Source of the DNA: Amphiscolops sp. MND2022
Taxonomy: Eukaryota
Direction of reading: 5' to 3'
Length of the DNA stretch: 64,000 nt
Assembly: GCA_964187785.1 (NCBI GenBank)
Contig: OZ076409.1
Coordinates: 85,190,001-85,254,000 of the forward strand
Shown: positions 1 to 13,980 of the stretch, piece after piece
Position numbering within the stretch: the first letter of the stretch is position 1
How the letters are laid out: each line of letters starts with the position of its first letter
Notes under the pieces: generated by a model
Database searches by the model: none
Told to the model about the DNA's origin: nothing
The model's input: the letters and a program-made list of their open reading frames with translations, nothing else
Program-made: the position numbers and the translations under genes

Positions 1-1335
1 AATTTAGGTTTATTTTTAGCCGTTGCATCAAATCCAATCCCAGTACCAGGGATGTTTGCGATTTTCATTATGGATCGTATGAATTTTCTGGTAAACCCAG
101 TTGTATTCGTCTGCTGATGAGGTTGCTCTGTCGATGTAATGGACTCTTTTTATTAGTGACCTGCACATCTTTTCATAATGTTTTTCTGTATTCTTTGCAA
201 TCTCTGAATTCTGCTGTTTTCGCGGAACATGTGTGCTGTCTCGTCCATTTTGGTGCGCCGCGTTGTCCAAATCGGTTGTCTCTCTGTTTGAACGATTGAT
301 TTTCCGGTCTTCTCTTTGGTCTTTCCTGACCAGACTTTTCTGACAATTTTCGTTTATATGGTCATTCTTCTATATGTTTTATTCCCTTTCCGTCGTTGGA
401 ATTGTTTGAGTCATTTAACCGTTCATACATGTGTTCGTGTATCAGTGTTGTTATGGTCTCGATGGTCATGTCACTCTTGTGAATCTTTTTCTTGAGTTCA
501 TTGTCGCCCGTTGATCTGCCGATTAAGGAAATGAATTATGGCGCTATTAGTTCGACTGTTGTGGCATTTTCGGGCTCGCAATTTTTCTCCATTTGTTGTA
601 TCCTCGTTCAAGCATCCTCTGCGGTTTCGTGTTTTTCTCTTGTTATTCCAAAGAAATCAGCCCTGCTATGGAATTTGTTCCGTTCGGGTATATAATGTAA
701 CTGGAACAATGAGTTTAGTTGGTTTATGTTCATTCTGTTTGGATCATTTACTTTAACGGTTCTCGTCATTTCCGTTAACTCGCCTATAGCCCAGATGAAA
801 AGCTCTTTTATCCGGTGTTCCAGAACATTTCTACACTGTAATATTTCGCCGCCTGTGATCATGACGTTTTAATCATTATTTTGCGTCAATTTTGTGTACT
901 GTTTGACTTGCCTTTGCCATTCTTCTTGAATACCGCCTTCTCGAACGTCTGAAAAGTCATTTTTTTATGGCTTTTTACATTCTTCGCATTTGCTATTTCT
1001 GCTGTGTTTTCCTCACTTGAGGAACCCATCCTCTCTGATGAGTTCGCCTTGTCCATCATGTTACTGCGCCATGTTCTATAAGTTGGCTTGATATATTGAA
1101 GAAAGTGATATACGTTGAAGACTCTGAACTCTAGTAAAATTCAGATGTAACTGAATAGGTCAAGTTGAATCATGTTACTACGTTTCAGGGACAGGTACTA
1201 CGCTGTCAAATAATATGTTACGGCAGGATTAGCTCACAGGACATAGAATGTACTAAGATTAGGTATAGAGCTAGTTTTCTGAGATTGTTGCCTCTCGCAG
1301 AAAGCTGAAACTTTTTAAGGGTAGTCAGGGAAACA
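1..1335 (-). mobile_element. 5' end of a decayed Ty3/Gypsy-like LTR retrotransposon (gag remnant, PBS, LTR)
   Basis: Minus-strand gag-like fragment 608-862 (FIWAIG...HYIPERNKFHSRADFF) resembles the gag at 19862-20266 (FIWGVG...HYLPKRNTYHNRGDFF). LTR terminus at 1072 abuts PBS TGGCGCAGT on -. The far LTR end (~1335) is uncertain. Confidence 0.7.
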
Positions 1336-2404
1336 TCATCTTTTAGGTATGTTTAAAGCAAATACTGCATCAAGTGTAAGCACTCAGAATGTCCAAAGTT
1401 GAGAACTTAAACCAAGCTCCACTATCAATACATGTAAAAATGAAATTACTAAAGTTGTGTTTTGATGCTATTGAAAATTCCAAATAAAAATCATTGTAAA
1501 CAAGAACCGGGGTATTTTCGCTAAAATCTGACGCATCATCATGGTGCGAAACCACGACCTCGTGTCTGCCAGGCAGACGCGCTACCAACTGCACCATGGT
1601 GAATAGAATTTACAAACTAAATGGAGTTATAAAATGGATATTTGGCAGAATGTTGAAAAAAACAACACAGATTATGACTTTCTTCCCCCATTGTATGTGG
1701 GTGGAAAATAACAATATAAACATTCTGCAAATTTTTGTTTTGCTCATTTTTACCGCAGTTCAGTGCTTTTTGAATTTTCCTGCTTTTTAATACAATTGCT
1801 TCATGTCTCATTGCTTTGTCACAGAACCAAATACCGTAGAACGTAGTTCAACAGGATTCCAACAAGTATGTGAGTTCTCCACTAAAGAGGTCGTGAAATC
1901 TCTTTGGTTCGGGCTTGAAGATTTTTTTTATCAGGGACTCATCAAAGTATCCCTTCACGTATCCTGGAAGTACGTCTGCATACGTCTGCACATTCCATAA
2001 TTGTTCTCAGTTGGTGTTTTATGAAACCAAGTGTTTTCGTCGAGCCTCTCGTCGAGGGTCCACTTTTGTGTTCAACTAGATCAACTTCGCTGGCAGCTTC
2101 ATATCGTCATCGTCGTGGACCTAGTCTATAATGTATATGGGCCATATCACTAGGCTAGACAACAGCAAAGGGTCCCCGTTTGATTTTTTTGGCACTGTGC
2201 GTTTTTTTCATATCACAAAAAAGTTACCATTATGATTTTTCTTGTTGTTTTCAGTTAGAAAAAAACCCGAATTGGCACGAAAAAACGTTTTTAAAATGCA
2301 ACGTTCTTTGCGCTTCTCGAGCCATGAGCGGGGCAATGATTAGGGTTTATCAAAAGGGATGATTAGGGATCTCGAGTTGTTTATCAAGGTTTCTTTTGTT
2401 TCAG

Positions 2405-2675
2405 CTGCAGTTTTTCGCGAACAACTACATATACCAGCTGCAGTCGGCGACGATCATGGCAGCGGCTCTGGACCGGGTGATGGCGATCGCGAAGCCGCTG
2501 CAGTACCACTGCAACCACGAGTCGCTGGCCAAGGTGCTGCTGGCCCTGCTGGTGTTCTACTGGCTGGTGCTGAGTCCCCTCTGCGTCGTCACCATGAAGT
2601 TCGCCCACAAGATGCAGTGGCTGCCCAGCTACACCGCCTGCGCCGCCCAGTTCAAACAGCCACACATCATCAAAA
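2405..2675 (+). CDS. Class A (rhodopsin-like) GPCR, internal exon encoding TM3-ICL2-TM4-ECL2
   Basis: tttcag acceptor; LQFFANNYIYQLQSATIMAAALDRVMAIAKPLQY (DRY-like DRV; PLxY in ICL2), TM4 W..P, ECL2 Cys; A|gtgggt donor in phase 1 matches the next exon. Confidence 0.85.
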
Positions 2676-3889
2676 GTGGGTGACTCAGAATTCAATTCGA
2701 AAAAAAAAATACGACTTTTACATCCTCAACTTTTCGAGCAATCCCAATAATGCCATGAAACGAAGGCTTTGTATTATCATCTGCGTAAAATATAAATCAC
2801 ATCTTAGCTTTTTTTGTAGAACAAAATACAGCAAAAACAACAAACCTAACATGAACATAGTGGAAAGTTCAAAGTTCTTTCAAGGTTACAGTGAAAAGCG
2901 CCCAAATTTCACAGTCAAAAGGCGACTGCAGATTTGATAGCAAGTTTCCCAGAGCTGTTCGTCTCTCCAATTTAATATTTATCAGGTTTTCTAAAACGAT
3001 GAATTAACATGTTGTTTCATTAAGCTGATATCTATTGTTAAGAAATGTCACACTCAACAATGTAACTGGTTTTAAATTGGGATTTGAAAGATGTGAAAAT
3101 GTCAAACATGGTTTTACCAGTGGGTTATTATGTTCATTGAACTTTCAATTGAGTTTAATAGATGTGTTTTAATTGGGTTTTAATAGAGGTGGAAAAGTCA
3201 ATTTGGATTTAAACGAGGTGATTTGTATCGGGATACTTATAACTGTATAAATTGGGCGCTTTTGATTGGGACTCTTTTGTCTATGGCGTTTTTAGCTGAG
3301 CCGCTTGTGTATGTTATCCGCTCTCATTCTGCTTTGTTCCTTGAGGAGCTCCATAAAATACACATGCAGATCATGCAATGTCTTACATGAAAATGCATGA
3401 ATTCAGGTGTGACATACAATGATCATAGAAACTTAGGATTTCATTCAAAGTACCGGTCTGTCTCATAAAAGACATGTTTTCAAAATGTTTGCTATGAATG
3501 AATAAACATAACGTAGTCATTTAAAGCTGACTTTGTTGATTTCTTATGCTATTCCTCAACCGGCGTACCGATATCTATTGAAAATGTGAGACCATGAACG
3601 CATACAACAATTTGTAACATCAACTAGTGATTTACCAATGATTGATCTTGATTAACGCACTAATCTCCTGGAACAAAGAGCGTGGTTTTAATGAAAGAAA
3701 GAATGAAAGAATTTATTTTATTCATTTGTATGCCATTACATAAGTAATAAACTATACAAACAAAAGGGATGAATAATGAGCTGATCAGCTCTTCTAATGT
3801 CTTCGCCCAAGAGAACCAACAATGACATCTTAAAACTACCCCGTATTTCACTTCTTTTTAAAGATTGTAGTCAATTCATAAATGATAGG

Positions 3890-5236
3890 TTCAGTACTAA
3901 TTTTGTTTTTTGACGTAAAATAATTCGAAGAGTCCTTTATTGTTTGGTATAAATATCTCCATAATTTGACGAAGATGGGACCTCACTTTTGCGCTTGTTA
4001 ATGATTGAACCTCCTGGGGCATCAGATCACAAATCTTCAACCAGTTATACGTTTTGATGACAGCATTTTGAGACAACGCTTTTTCAGTTGTGTTCTATCG
4101 ATTGTTACTGGTAGCAAAAATTTTGACTTTCTACGTTTATTGATTTCATAAGGAACAAAATGATCTTTCATATGGCCAAATGGCGAATTTCCTCTCAATT
4201 GTCTGAAAAGTTCAACAATTATTTCCGATATATACATTTCGTAAACTGTTAGAACTTTTTTATTCGCATTAATATTTTGGAGAGATTCAGATTTTTTTTT
4301 GAAAAACATTTTTCGAATAATTCTCCTTTGTGCATTTTCGATAGGTTGAAGATTCTTTCTGGCTGTACTGCAATAATTCAAAAGATGATGTGTAATAAGG
4401 GGTTTTGCATATGATTTATAGAAGAGAAGTAATCAATCCAAGGGACAAAGGTGTCCTATTCTATACACCAGCCTGCAGAAATTGTTCAGTTTTTTTACTC
4501 ATGATCAACATGATCCTTGAAGTTCAGTTTATTGTCCATCAATACACCTAGATACTTGCACGAGATACTTTTGCATGGGATTTTTTCACCAAATGCTTCT
4601 TCACTTACCGGTTGCGCTCTTACGAAACTAATGGATTCGCATTTTTCGACATTGAGTGTTACTTTGTTCACGTGAAACCAATTTCAAATATTTCGTACAT
4701 CTTGGGTGATTTCTTTTTCCGAGTTCCGACCCATATTATAAACCGTTGTGACATCAGAAAAGAGCGATTTTTGCTTTTCTCGCAAACAAGGGGAAGATCA
4801 TTTTTGTAAATTAAGAACAAGAATGGACCCAAGACTGATCCTTGCGGTACGCTAGTCTTTAATTCTTTGGTCGAGGAGCGAATTTGATTATGTTCAACGT
4901 ACTGTTGTCTATTTTCAAGATAATTGGATAAATACATAATACTTCACCCCTAAAACCATACTTCTCTAGTTTTTGTAGTAGAAGATTGTGATCTAGTGTA
5001 TCGAATGCTTCTTTTCAAATCAATAAAGCATGAATTTCCTGTGTTACGTTTATCCATCTCATTTCGAATGTAATCTAAAACTTCGCCGATCGCATGAGTA
5101 CAACTACGTTTATTTCTGAAACCATATTAATTGGGTGTAAAAGATTCCTTTTTTTGAAAATAATAAAAGACTCTTGTGAAAACTAGCTAAACGAATTTGC
5201 AACGAAAACTTGGTTTGCATACTCGAACACTTTAAA
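3890..5236 (-). pseudogene. Decayed non-LTR retrotransposon (LINE, CR1/L2-like) reverse transcriptase remnant
   Basis: Frameshifted fragments AFDTLDHNLLLQKLEKYGFRG, PQGSVLGPFLFLIYKNDL, YLGVLMDNKLNFKDH, followed by the C-terminal ORF 4037-4381. Confidence 0.85.
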
Positions 5237-5237
5237 T

Positions 5238-5778
5238 ACATCCGCCCGTACTGAGATCCCATGGTCTCCCATGCATGGCCATGCATGGTCCACCCATGGA
5301 CTATCCATGGGTAAAGTTTGGATCCAAAAAAACTTTTCCATGGACGACCCATCGATGGGCCATTCATGGTCCATCGATGGGAGAGAATAACTGACATGTT
5401 TGAAAAATTCGAATTGCGCCGGAAGCTTGGTTGATTTTCTATAATCGTGTCTCTATCATATTTTTCGTGTGTTTGGGTTTTTCTTGTGTGACCCGGGTAG
5501 CATTAAGGACGCTTTTCGGCACCGCGTTTCCTGAAGCCGCTTGAATTTATTTGTTTGCAATATTTTTTCCATTGAAGTCCCTTAGAAAGGTGTTTTTTTT
5601 ACACCATGGCAAAAATTGCGAAGGCCCATTGATGGGAGCTCAGGATGATTCCATCGATGGCCTATCGATGGGCCATGGCAAAAAGGTCGGCGGACCATCG
5701 ATGAGCCATCGATGGGAATGTGATGGTCCATCGATGGCCCATGGATGGGCTGCCCTGGGGTCCCAACTCGGGCGATGT
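5238..5778. mobile_element. MITE-like element with imperfect TIRs and 11-bp-periodic CCATCGATGG subterminal arrays
   Basis: Left end ACATCCGCCCGTACTGAGATCCC vs reverse complement of right end ACATCGCCCGAGTTGGGACCCC; CCATCGATGG/CCATGCATGG repeats near both ends; non-coding middle. Confidence 0.7.
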
Positions 5779-7020
5779 TGTTGAAAGAGTCTGTTGTTGT
5801 TGAAAGAGGTTAGAAGGTCGTGCTCGCAACAATAACACCTTCATTTTTTACAACCAAAATTTTTTACTACTTGAAAGTTTTGGTATGTAAAGTGCCACGT
5901 ATAGAATGCTTTTACAACGTGAAATACATAAAACGACCTTCACATAAAACTTGAAAATCATATGGAATTATTGTAAGCCACTTGATGTGTTGCATCAATC
6001 CGGGTATGCAAGTCGACTTTGAAGTGCCTTCAAAATCGTTTTAAGCAAAATGTTTCATCTTTTTTTTGAAGATTTTGATTTTTTTTCACAATTTTTACGC
6101 AGTGATGATTTTTCAAACAATACTCGTTGGACTCAATCAGCACACTTATTCAATCATCCTGTATCAATGTGAGGTTTTCAAAAGGTGACTCATTTAAATG
6201 ACAAGCTTTTGAACAAACAATGTCTGCGAAGTGTTTGCTGTTTAGTGCTTGAAGCACTTTTCTGATCCAAGCTGTTCGTCTTGGATGTAGCTTGGAAGCT
6301 TTAACATTGCCGTATTTATGCGGTTTTATGCCGCATCTACATTATTTTTCCTGGGGTTATATGCTACAAACAAAAATTTGAAATGGAAAGAACCATGGTG
6401 ATACAAAAACGCAAGAGGTGGGTTTCGGTTAATTCAATTTTGTCTGGTAATCAGTTTCGAGTACGATCAAAACAAAACGACTTCAACAGACATGTGATCA
6501 TTTAACAACCTCTTGATAATTCAACATAACCTAATTTTTATCATGTCAAATTGAAGTCGAATAGCTGTGCCAACGTATTGTAAGCTTACTCAAGATAGTA
6601 GGAAAATTAACCAATTGATTCGCTTCAGTTAAGCAAACTCCACAAAATATCTCCAAGTGTATGATCTCTTAAAGTGACGAAGTGCTGTCTGGTTGCTTTG
6701 TGCTGACTGAAGTTTTAAAAAAATGCCCAGCGTTTTTCACATACGCTACCTCTTGAGTTTATTATAAAAATTCAATTTCATTCAAGAGGAACGTAAAATT
6801 TTTCAAAACCATTGAACATGAAAGCACTGAGAAAGCCAAAAATAGTGTTCTGATCGTTATTGCCAACTAACGAGTCAACTCAAAAGCTACAGAGAAACAA
6901 GATTTTAGCTTATGTCTAAAAAAACTACATGGTTCAATGAAAAACAATATTTAGGGTTTTCAAGCAAAAATTCAGTAAGTAAAATTTTGAATAATCTATG
7001 GTTTTCTTCCGTTGCTTAGA

Positions 7021-7944
7021 AACAAGCCGCGAATGGCCCAAGTCGTTGAACCGCTCAAGGTTCAAGGACTAAGTTTTTAAACAATGCAAAAAAACAATAT
7101 TATGAAATTTTTATCAAATTTACTGTGCCGGAAAAGACCCTTAAGAATCGAATAGCGCTTTTCTGCAACGGGAAACTTAAACAAAAACATTTTTTAGATA
7201 ATTTTTTTTCTGGGAAGAAAAAAGTCTCAAAGTGCCGAAACAGGAGCTTCATGCTCGCAGAACGCTTTTTTTCAAGCCGATATCAATTATGAAAGTGAAT
7301 GCGGTACTCATTGACCAATGAAAAATTTCTCGAAAAAAGTAGCACAGTGTCGAAAAAACCATAGGTCTTTTCTACAATTATTGAGAAAACTCATACGTTT
7401 CACAGGACCACAAAATCATAGAGGTCACGCTTAGGACTCGGAAAAAGGTTTTCCGTCACAGAAAATCTCCAAAAATTGTAAAGTGTGGAAAAAGGTTTCG
7501 AGAAGTTTTTCTTGAAAAAGTTCTTCAGTAAGTCGCTTTAAGCTGAAAAAACTATAATAGCCCTCTATCCTAGGAGAATGCTTTGTTTCTGCTAAAAATT
7601 GAAGGAGGCACTTCGATGTGAAAAAACGTTGGGAAAAAATCGCATCATGTCAAAAAAACAAAAGGGGACCATTTGGTCTCCAATCCATTCTACTTTTGCA
7701 GGCATGGAAATTTTTCGATTTAGTGCGAAACGTACCCACGTTTAGTTCGGAACCCACGTACTCCCCCTACTTTTAAGACCTCGTTTTTAGGAAATCCGAG
7801 TTAACTTTTTGGTCAACAAGGCAGTGAGAAGTTACTAAGTTAGAACTTATAGAAATGCTTATAGAAATCTGCCAATTCGCAGGTATTTAAAAAAGTAACT
7901 ACTATAGTCGGCATTTATTTTTTATCAGAAGCGGTCACTAAAAA
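7021..7944 (-). mobile_element. Helentron/HINE (DINE-1-like) non-autonomous element, diverged copy
   Basis: Starts AACAAGCCGCGAATGGCCCAAGTCG and ends ...ACTATAGTCGGC...GAAGCGGTCACTAAAA, like the copies at 11454 and 16043; internal GCCGAAAAAA subunits. Confidence 0.55.
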
Positions 7945-9097
7945 TGAAAAACTAAAATTCTAGCAACTTCATGATCATCAATCAGATTTTAAAAAGATAA
8001 GACTCATACAACGGTTGGCAACGAAATGCAGAATTTTCGTTTTTCGTCTTCAGGAATTTTTCTATCGTAGTTTTGCCCCAGAAAACCGAAACGCAAGCTC
8101 TATGTTCAGATCGAGCTTAGGTAAACATTTAGAACATTTTTATTTAAGATGGGTTTCCTGGAGCCACATTTTTGTCAAATTGAATTTTCAATTTTATAAA
8201 TGTCAAACCTAAATAAAGAAGACGATGGAATTCAATACTGTTTTGGCTATTTCTCAATCAATGTCCCAACTTGAACCCAAAATTTAATCAATCTTTCATC
8301 TAAGATGGAATTTTAATGAAGCTCAACTGTCTCTAGAACCGCATTCCGCCTGAACAAAAAATTCTTGCTCATGAGTAAAAATGTTGATTTGTTTTATAAA
8401 ATATACTCAATTGTTCACAAAAATTCAATGTAATTTTTGAAAGACTTACAGATTCCTGAAGTCCGAAAGGTGTGATTGCAAGTTTTACCGAGTATTATTT
8501 TTATTACTCTAAGGTTTTTTTGTGATTGAAGACAAACAATGCTGTTATACCATTGTGAATTAGAGAAGAATGTGAAGGTCATACAATAATGATATTGATA
8601 TATGAAAAGAAACAATGATCATTTTTATTTATTTTCGATACTAATTTTTCAATATTTTAATTTCGATACTAACTAACATTTTCGTAATATGGTACAGATA
8701 TTACTTTTTTCAATACCTTATCGTTTCCGGTGGTTCAATTGAATGGTAAAGTAATCGAAAGTTTTCAATTTCAATTAAGATTATTGAATTTCAAAAACGT
8801 ACATGGACTCCGTTTTTGTTGCAAATTTTTCACGTCTTTGTCAAGAGTCGTCTTCGATTCTTATCATCTTTCATAGTCAATTTGAAAGCAAAGTCGAACC
8901 CTTGGCGGCATTAAAGAATCCCGAAAGCCTTAAACCATACCGTCTCCGCAAAATGATGATTATGTTGAAATATCGATAATTGGATACCTGAACCACAAAA
9001 AGAGCAACGATTTTGTTTAATTTGATCCTTAGGGAGTGGCGTTTGGGCGGTAGAATGCTTAGCTTTATTTTTTCGATACGCCATTTTTGTCTGCTGA

Positions 9098-9640
9098 CCC
9101 TAGTTGAGACTGCAGGAACTTTTTACATGCTGCAGGCCTGCATGCAGGGTAATTGTTTATAAAACCTAGAAAATTCAGGGTAATTCAGGTGGTAAATCTT
9201 GTAGAATTACACTGCATTTTCCGCTACTAGAATTAAATTTGAAAATAGATACAACATCATCACCGACACGACCTTATTGTATTTACAATTTGCTTTCTCA
9301 ACTACTCATCTGATGTGATCACCGCGTCTCAAATAGGACGCTAAACATGACGGTATATTGCAGTTTATTAGGTGACTGAAGTAATTTTGCATTAAAATGG
9401 CTGTTAAACTGAGAGCAATTTATTTGCTTTTAAAATTAGAACTGCTTCTTAATGAAACCTGCAAAACTTCAAGGCGTAAAATTGCCGCCAAAACTTTGAT
9501 GAATCTTTCAAGCAGCTTGATAAAAGTCAAATACAACAGGTAAATAGTTTCTCATTAAAGTTTCCGTAAGAGTTTTAGAAAATCATAATAAAAGTTGCTG
9601 GCAACATTAAAGTACATGCAAAAAGTTCAAGAAGTTTCAA
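9098..9640. repeat. Dispersed ~530-bp repeat, copy 1
   Basis: Co-linear with 10555-11078 from CCCTAGTTGARACTGCAGG to AAAGTACATGCAAAAA; the same terminal word recurs at 9714. Confidence 0.85.
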
Positions 9641-10554
9641 CAAGGGGAAGCAATGCTCGTTTTATATCCCACTCACAAATCGCTGCCATTTGAAGAACTC
9701 TACTAATGCTATTCCCTAGTTGAAACTGCTGCAAAGTTTTTCATGCATGCAAGGCTAATTTCACAAAACATGGAAAACTGTAGCGGGGGCCTTAGAAAGA
9801 TATATAGCATCTCAGGCTTAAACACAAGGGTGTTCGTTTATCCAAAATCATATCAGACGAAAGATTTCAATTATAACCAAAGATTACAACTGAGAAGCTA
9901 TAAGATTGAAACCAATGACAAAAAGTTCTCGTTTCTTGTTTTTTTTATTCGGAGACTTTTGTAAAAAAAACTGCACGATGCTTTTAGTGGCAAGTTTTTT
10001 CTTCAGTCAATCTGTAACGTCCACTATTATAAACTTCAAGTTTATAAATTTTACAAACCTACCAACTTGCTCCCGATGTTAAGGCGGATTACCAGGCCTG
10101 GTGGCGAGGTCTGAGAAGCAGAAGGACGAGGGTTCGAGGCCCACAGTTAACCAAATTTTTTAATACTTGCATAGGGAGATGAAACGCAAAAGGTCCTCCT
10201 TTGGGTATTTTTGGCATTATGCGAATTTTTTTTACCGCAACCCCTAATTTTCTCTGGAAACCAAGCATTTTGCGAACCGAGAGGGTTGTAGGCACCATGT
10301 GACTCGCCGATGTTTTTTCCAGAAGATATTCAAAAAATAACGAAAAATGTTTTCAAACAATTTTTGGTTTTTGAGAGGCTTTCCGTTCATGAAAACTGTT
10401 TTCCGAAATTTAGACGTGACCTCCGATTACTTTCTTAGTCCTATGGGACTGATGAGAGCTTTCTTGAAAAATGTGGAAAAGGCCTACGACTTTTTTCGGC
10501 GCTATTCGACGTTTTTGGAACAATTCTTGTTCGGTAAAAAAAATCCCTTCACTT

Positions 10555-11078
10555 CCCTAGTTGAAACTGCAGGAACTTTTTACATGCTGCAGTCCTGCAT
10601 GCAGGGTAATTTTTTATAAAACCTAGAAAATTCAGCAAAATTCAGTTGGTAAATCATGTACAATTACACTGCATTTTCCACTCCTGCAATTAAATTTTAC
10701 AATAAACTCCACTACATCACCGATACGATCAATTTGATGTGATCACTCGTCTGATGTGATCACCGCTTCTCAAATAGTACGCTGAAGATGACGCTAATTT
10801 GCAGTTTATTACGCGACTGAAGTCGTTTTGCATTAAATTAGCGGTAAAATTGACAGCAACTTATTTGCTTTTAAAATTATAGCGGCTGCTTAATGAAACC
10901 TGCAAAACTTCAATGCATAAAATCGCCGCCAAAACTTTGATGAATCTTTCAAGCAGCTTGATAAAAGTTGAATACAACAGGGAAATATTTTCGCATGAAA
11001 GTTTCCGTAAGAGTTTTAGAAAGTCATAATGAAAGTTACTGGCAACATTAAAGTACATGCAAAAAATTCAAGCAGTTT
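10555..11078. repeat. Dispersed ~530-bp repeat, copy 2
   Basis: Direct, moderately diverged copy of 9098-9640. Confidence 0.85.
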
Positions 11079-11453
11079 GAAAAATATTTTTTGAGCTAGA
11101 CCGTGTTGCGAACTTGAAGTTTTCAAAACAAAAAAAGTTTGTGCTTCTTGATGTTTTAGGGGAAATTGGTTTCCGAGTCTCATTGGTATCTTTTCAGGTA
11201 TTTTTGGGCACTGTAAGTTTGAAAAAAACTTCTCAAAATAGTGTTCCTTTGCATAGTTATAACACTGTCGTCTGTTTGTACCTTGGGCGGGGCACCGACT
11301 TGTTTGTTTTGCAGAAGTTCCGGCAATTGTCAACATGCCGTAATTGGTATTTCAAATCTCATAAATTTGACGGAAAAGACTGATTTTTATCAATTTTTAC
11401 AGCTTTTGTGCTCCTAATCATTGAATCCAAAAGCATAAGCTGAATGATATTGA

Positions 11454-11856
11454 AACAAAACGGGAACGTCTAAAGTCGACGCTATATCTAAGGCTCAAAC
11501 AGCGAAGACCCTCTGGGCTTTTTGAAAATCTAGTTTGTTGCAAAACATTTTAAAAACTTGAAGGGGGACCCTCTGGAGACAAAAAAAATCCAAAAAAGTC
11601 ACACAGTGCCGAAAAAAATTGAAAGGGGGACCCTTTAGTTTCGTCCGGTTTTGTATGTAACGTCAGAAAAAGAGAAATTAAAGGGGGGACACTTTGCACT
11701 AACTAACGTTTCCGAGGTATGGGATGAGGTTTCGGAGGTATCGGTTTAGTTGAACAAACTGAACAAAAATTTCGTCGCTTCGAGTCTGTCTCAAAGAAAA
11801 AAAGCGAGTGACTGTAATAGTCGGGCTCTTTTATCAATAAAAGCGCCGACTAAAAA
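11454..11856 (-). mobile_element. Helentron/HINE-like element
   Basis: AACAAAACGGGAACGTCTAAAGTCGACGCTATATCTAAGGCTCAAA ... hairpin AGTCGGGCTCTTTTA-TCAA-TAAAAGCGCCGACT then AAAAA; subterminal inverted AGTCG(G/A)CGC / GCGCCGACT. Confidence 0.65.
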
Positions 11857-12127
11857 CATGGCTCCTCATTGCAACCAACCGATGGCCACTCATAAATCAA
11901 CACCAGCGGTCACCGTTGGACACAGAGATGTCTGATTCGACAGGTTTTCCCTCTGGCGGACCGTCGGTTGAATATTCTCGTCTCTAAAATATTCGTATGA
12001 GTTAGCAGAGTTGACTCGGAGATTAGCTGTCTCGTGTTATGAGTTGTAGTTTTATATGTGTGTCTAGCAAAGGCTAAATCTTGGAAATAGTTTTGAAAAG
12101 ATTTGCTTAAAGTTTTGGTGTTTACAG

Positions 12128-12277
12128 TTATTATGAGTCTGCAGTATCTTCTGGGCTACATCATACCGGGAGTGGTGATTGTGGCGTGTTACGTCATAGT
12201 GGCCAACAGAATCCGCAAACGCTTCCGTACTCGCCAGCAGATGATAGCCGCAGCCGGTCATGTACCCAATCCTTCAG
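12128..12277 (+). CDS. Same GPCR, exon encoding TM5-ICL3
   Basis: tttacag acceptor in phase 1; LGYIIPGVVIVACYVIVANRIRK (TM5 P5.50/Y5.58 pattern); G|gtaatg donor in phase 1. Confidence 0.85.
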
Positions 12278-13568
12278 GTAATGATACAACCAATTTGTTC
12301 ACATGGTTTTTGAAACTACGATCGAGTTATGGTCAAGTGCGTTAAAATCTCAACTAAGTAGCACATAGCTAGTGGTCAGTTCTGATAAACCATTGAGGAA
12401 ATTGAAAAAAAATAGGAAACAGCTAAAAACCCATTAAATTAATGTGGAGATCATTGAGCATATCGAAATGACTTATATCAAATTGGCAAAGTGTTTTTAA
12501 AGGTCTTTCGTTGATCTCGGACCGGTACATTTGCAAACTTTGAAGTTTATACCAAGATAATAAGCATGGATTGCTTGCTAAGATCATATCAACGCCATGT
12601 CAAGGTATTGACCAGTTTCCAATGATGCTATATTAAGCATTCCAATTATGTTGCCTAAATTGTTCTTGTCGCTTAATGATTTCAGTTTTGATGGATCAGT
12701 AATCCTAAATAGTGAAATGAAATTGCCCTGAATTGCCAATCAATTGCAGTTTCTTTACCGCTTTCTGAGTACGACATTGCCACTTTCAATGAAATTTGTT
12801 GAACGAAACAAACTCTTCAATTTGTAATCGCTTCTGCTTGCGCTCTCTGTGAAAGCCACTTTTTCTCTTTCTGCTATTTTTAAACATTATCGAAGTTTCC
12901 AATTATCTTCTTGTCAAAATGTGGTGGCCATTCAGCAAATGTATGGCGACATGTGAACTTCGCAAACCTGTATAAAATTGTTGATGACTTCAATGACTCA
13001 ATTATTGTGTTGTCCAAGTTCCTCTGATAATCATGCACATTGGACACGATGAACATTTTAAACGAATATGCTTTTTCTGAGCTTTAAACGGGTCTGGTTG
13101 TTTCCGGCTTGTTTTAAATATACATTAGTTTGGAAATGAATTATCGACGTTCAAAAATTCATTTGCTTGGTCTTGGACCTTGTACATAATCGTCCCCAAA
13201 ACTTCTATCATGACAGTTTCAAAAGTTAGATATGACCAGTTTCAGCTTAGTCTCATTCTAACTAAAAGTTTAAAGGTTTGACGTCATACAGTTTTTCTTC
13301 ACCTTGTTGTTTATTCTCAAACCAAACAGATGTCTCCTGAAGTCATACGCGCTATTCAATTTCTGATTTGCATCAAAAAGAGCAATTACTCACAGCTAAA
13401 CCGGATTTATTCGTTCTAAGATTCGTTCGATCTTCAGTTATGAAAAGTGCCACAAGTTCAGTCAAACCATTATTTTAACAATAGTTGCAGATTCCTCTGA
13501 TCAAGGTTCCTCAAAAATCTTTCGGAACTGTGGAGACTACAGAAAAATTTTCTTGAATAAAGATTTTG

Positions 13569-13980
13569 GGCTCTTTTCTGTTCCCCCCCCCCACCACCAC
13601 CAATTTTTTTTGGAATTTTAGTGCAAATCGCATAACAAAAAAACTTGGATACAAACCAGAAAGCTTCAAATTTACATTTATTCTTCGTGTGACAGTTTAG
13701 GATTCAGATACAAACTTTGTTCACATTTTTTCAGTATGTAGTCACGCATGTTTGATGGAGAAATCAACAGCTTCCTGTTTTGAGTCATCAATAAACACTT
13801 GATACGAACACAATTATAGTCAAAAAGCGTGAGCAATGTTTTGTTCAAGCAAAAAACTATTTCAATAGACGTTATTTTCCCATTATGAAATAAGGTTTTA
13901 CTTTTAATTAGGCTAGTCTAAAGTTTTCAAAGATATTTACTTCCAAAAATTTTGGTGGTGGGGGGGAACAGAAAAGAGCC
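13569..13980. mobile_element. MITE with long TIRs and 8-bp TSD (Merlin-like or hAT)
   Basis: TIR GGCTCTTTTCTGTTCCCCCC..CACCACC / GGTGGTGGGGGGGAACAGAAAAGAGCC; perfect TSD AGATTTTG at 13561-13568 and 13981-13988. A GG start plus 8-bp TSD fits Merlin. Confidence 0.85.

Noticed and set aside
2359..2937. 192-aa + ORF and antisense ORFs over the GPCR exons (2384-2695, 21354-21584)
   Set aside because: Shadow frames caused by very high GC3 of the true exon frame.
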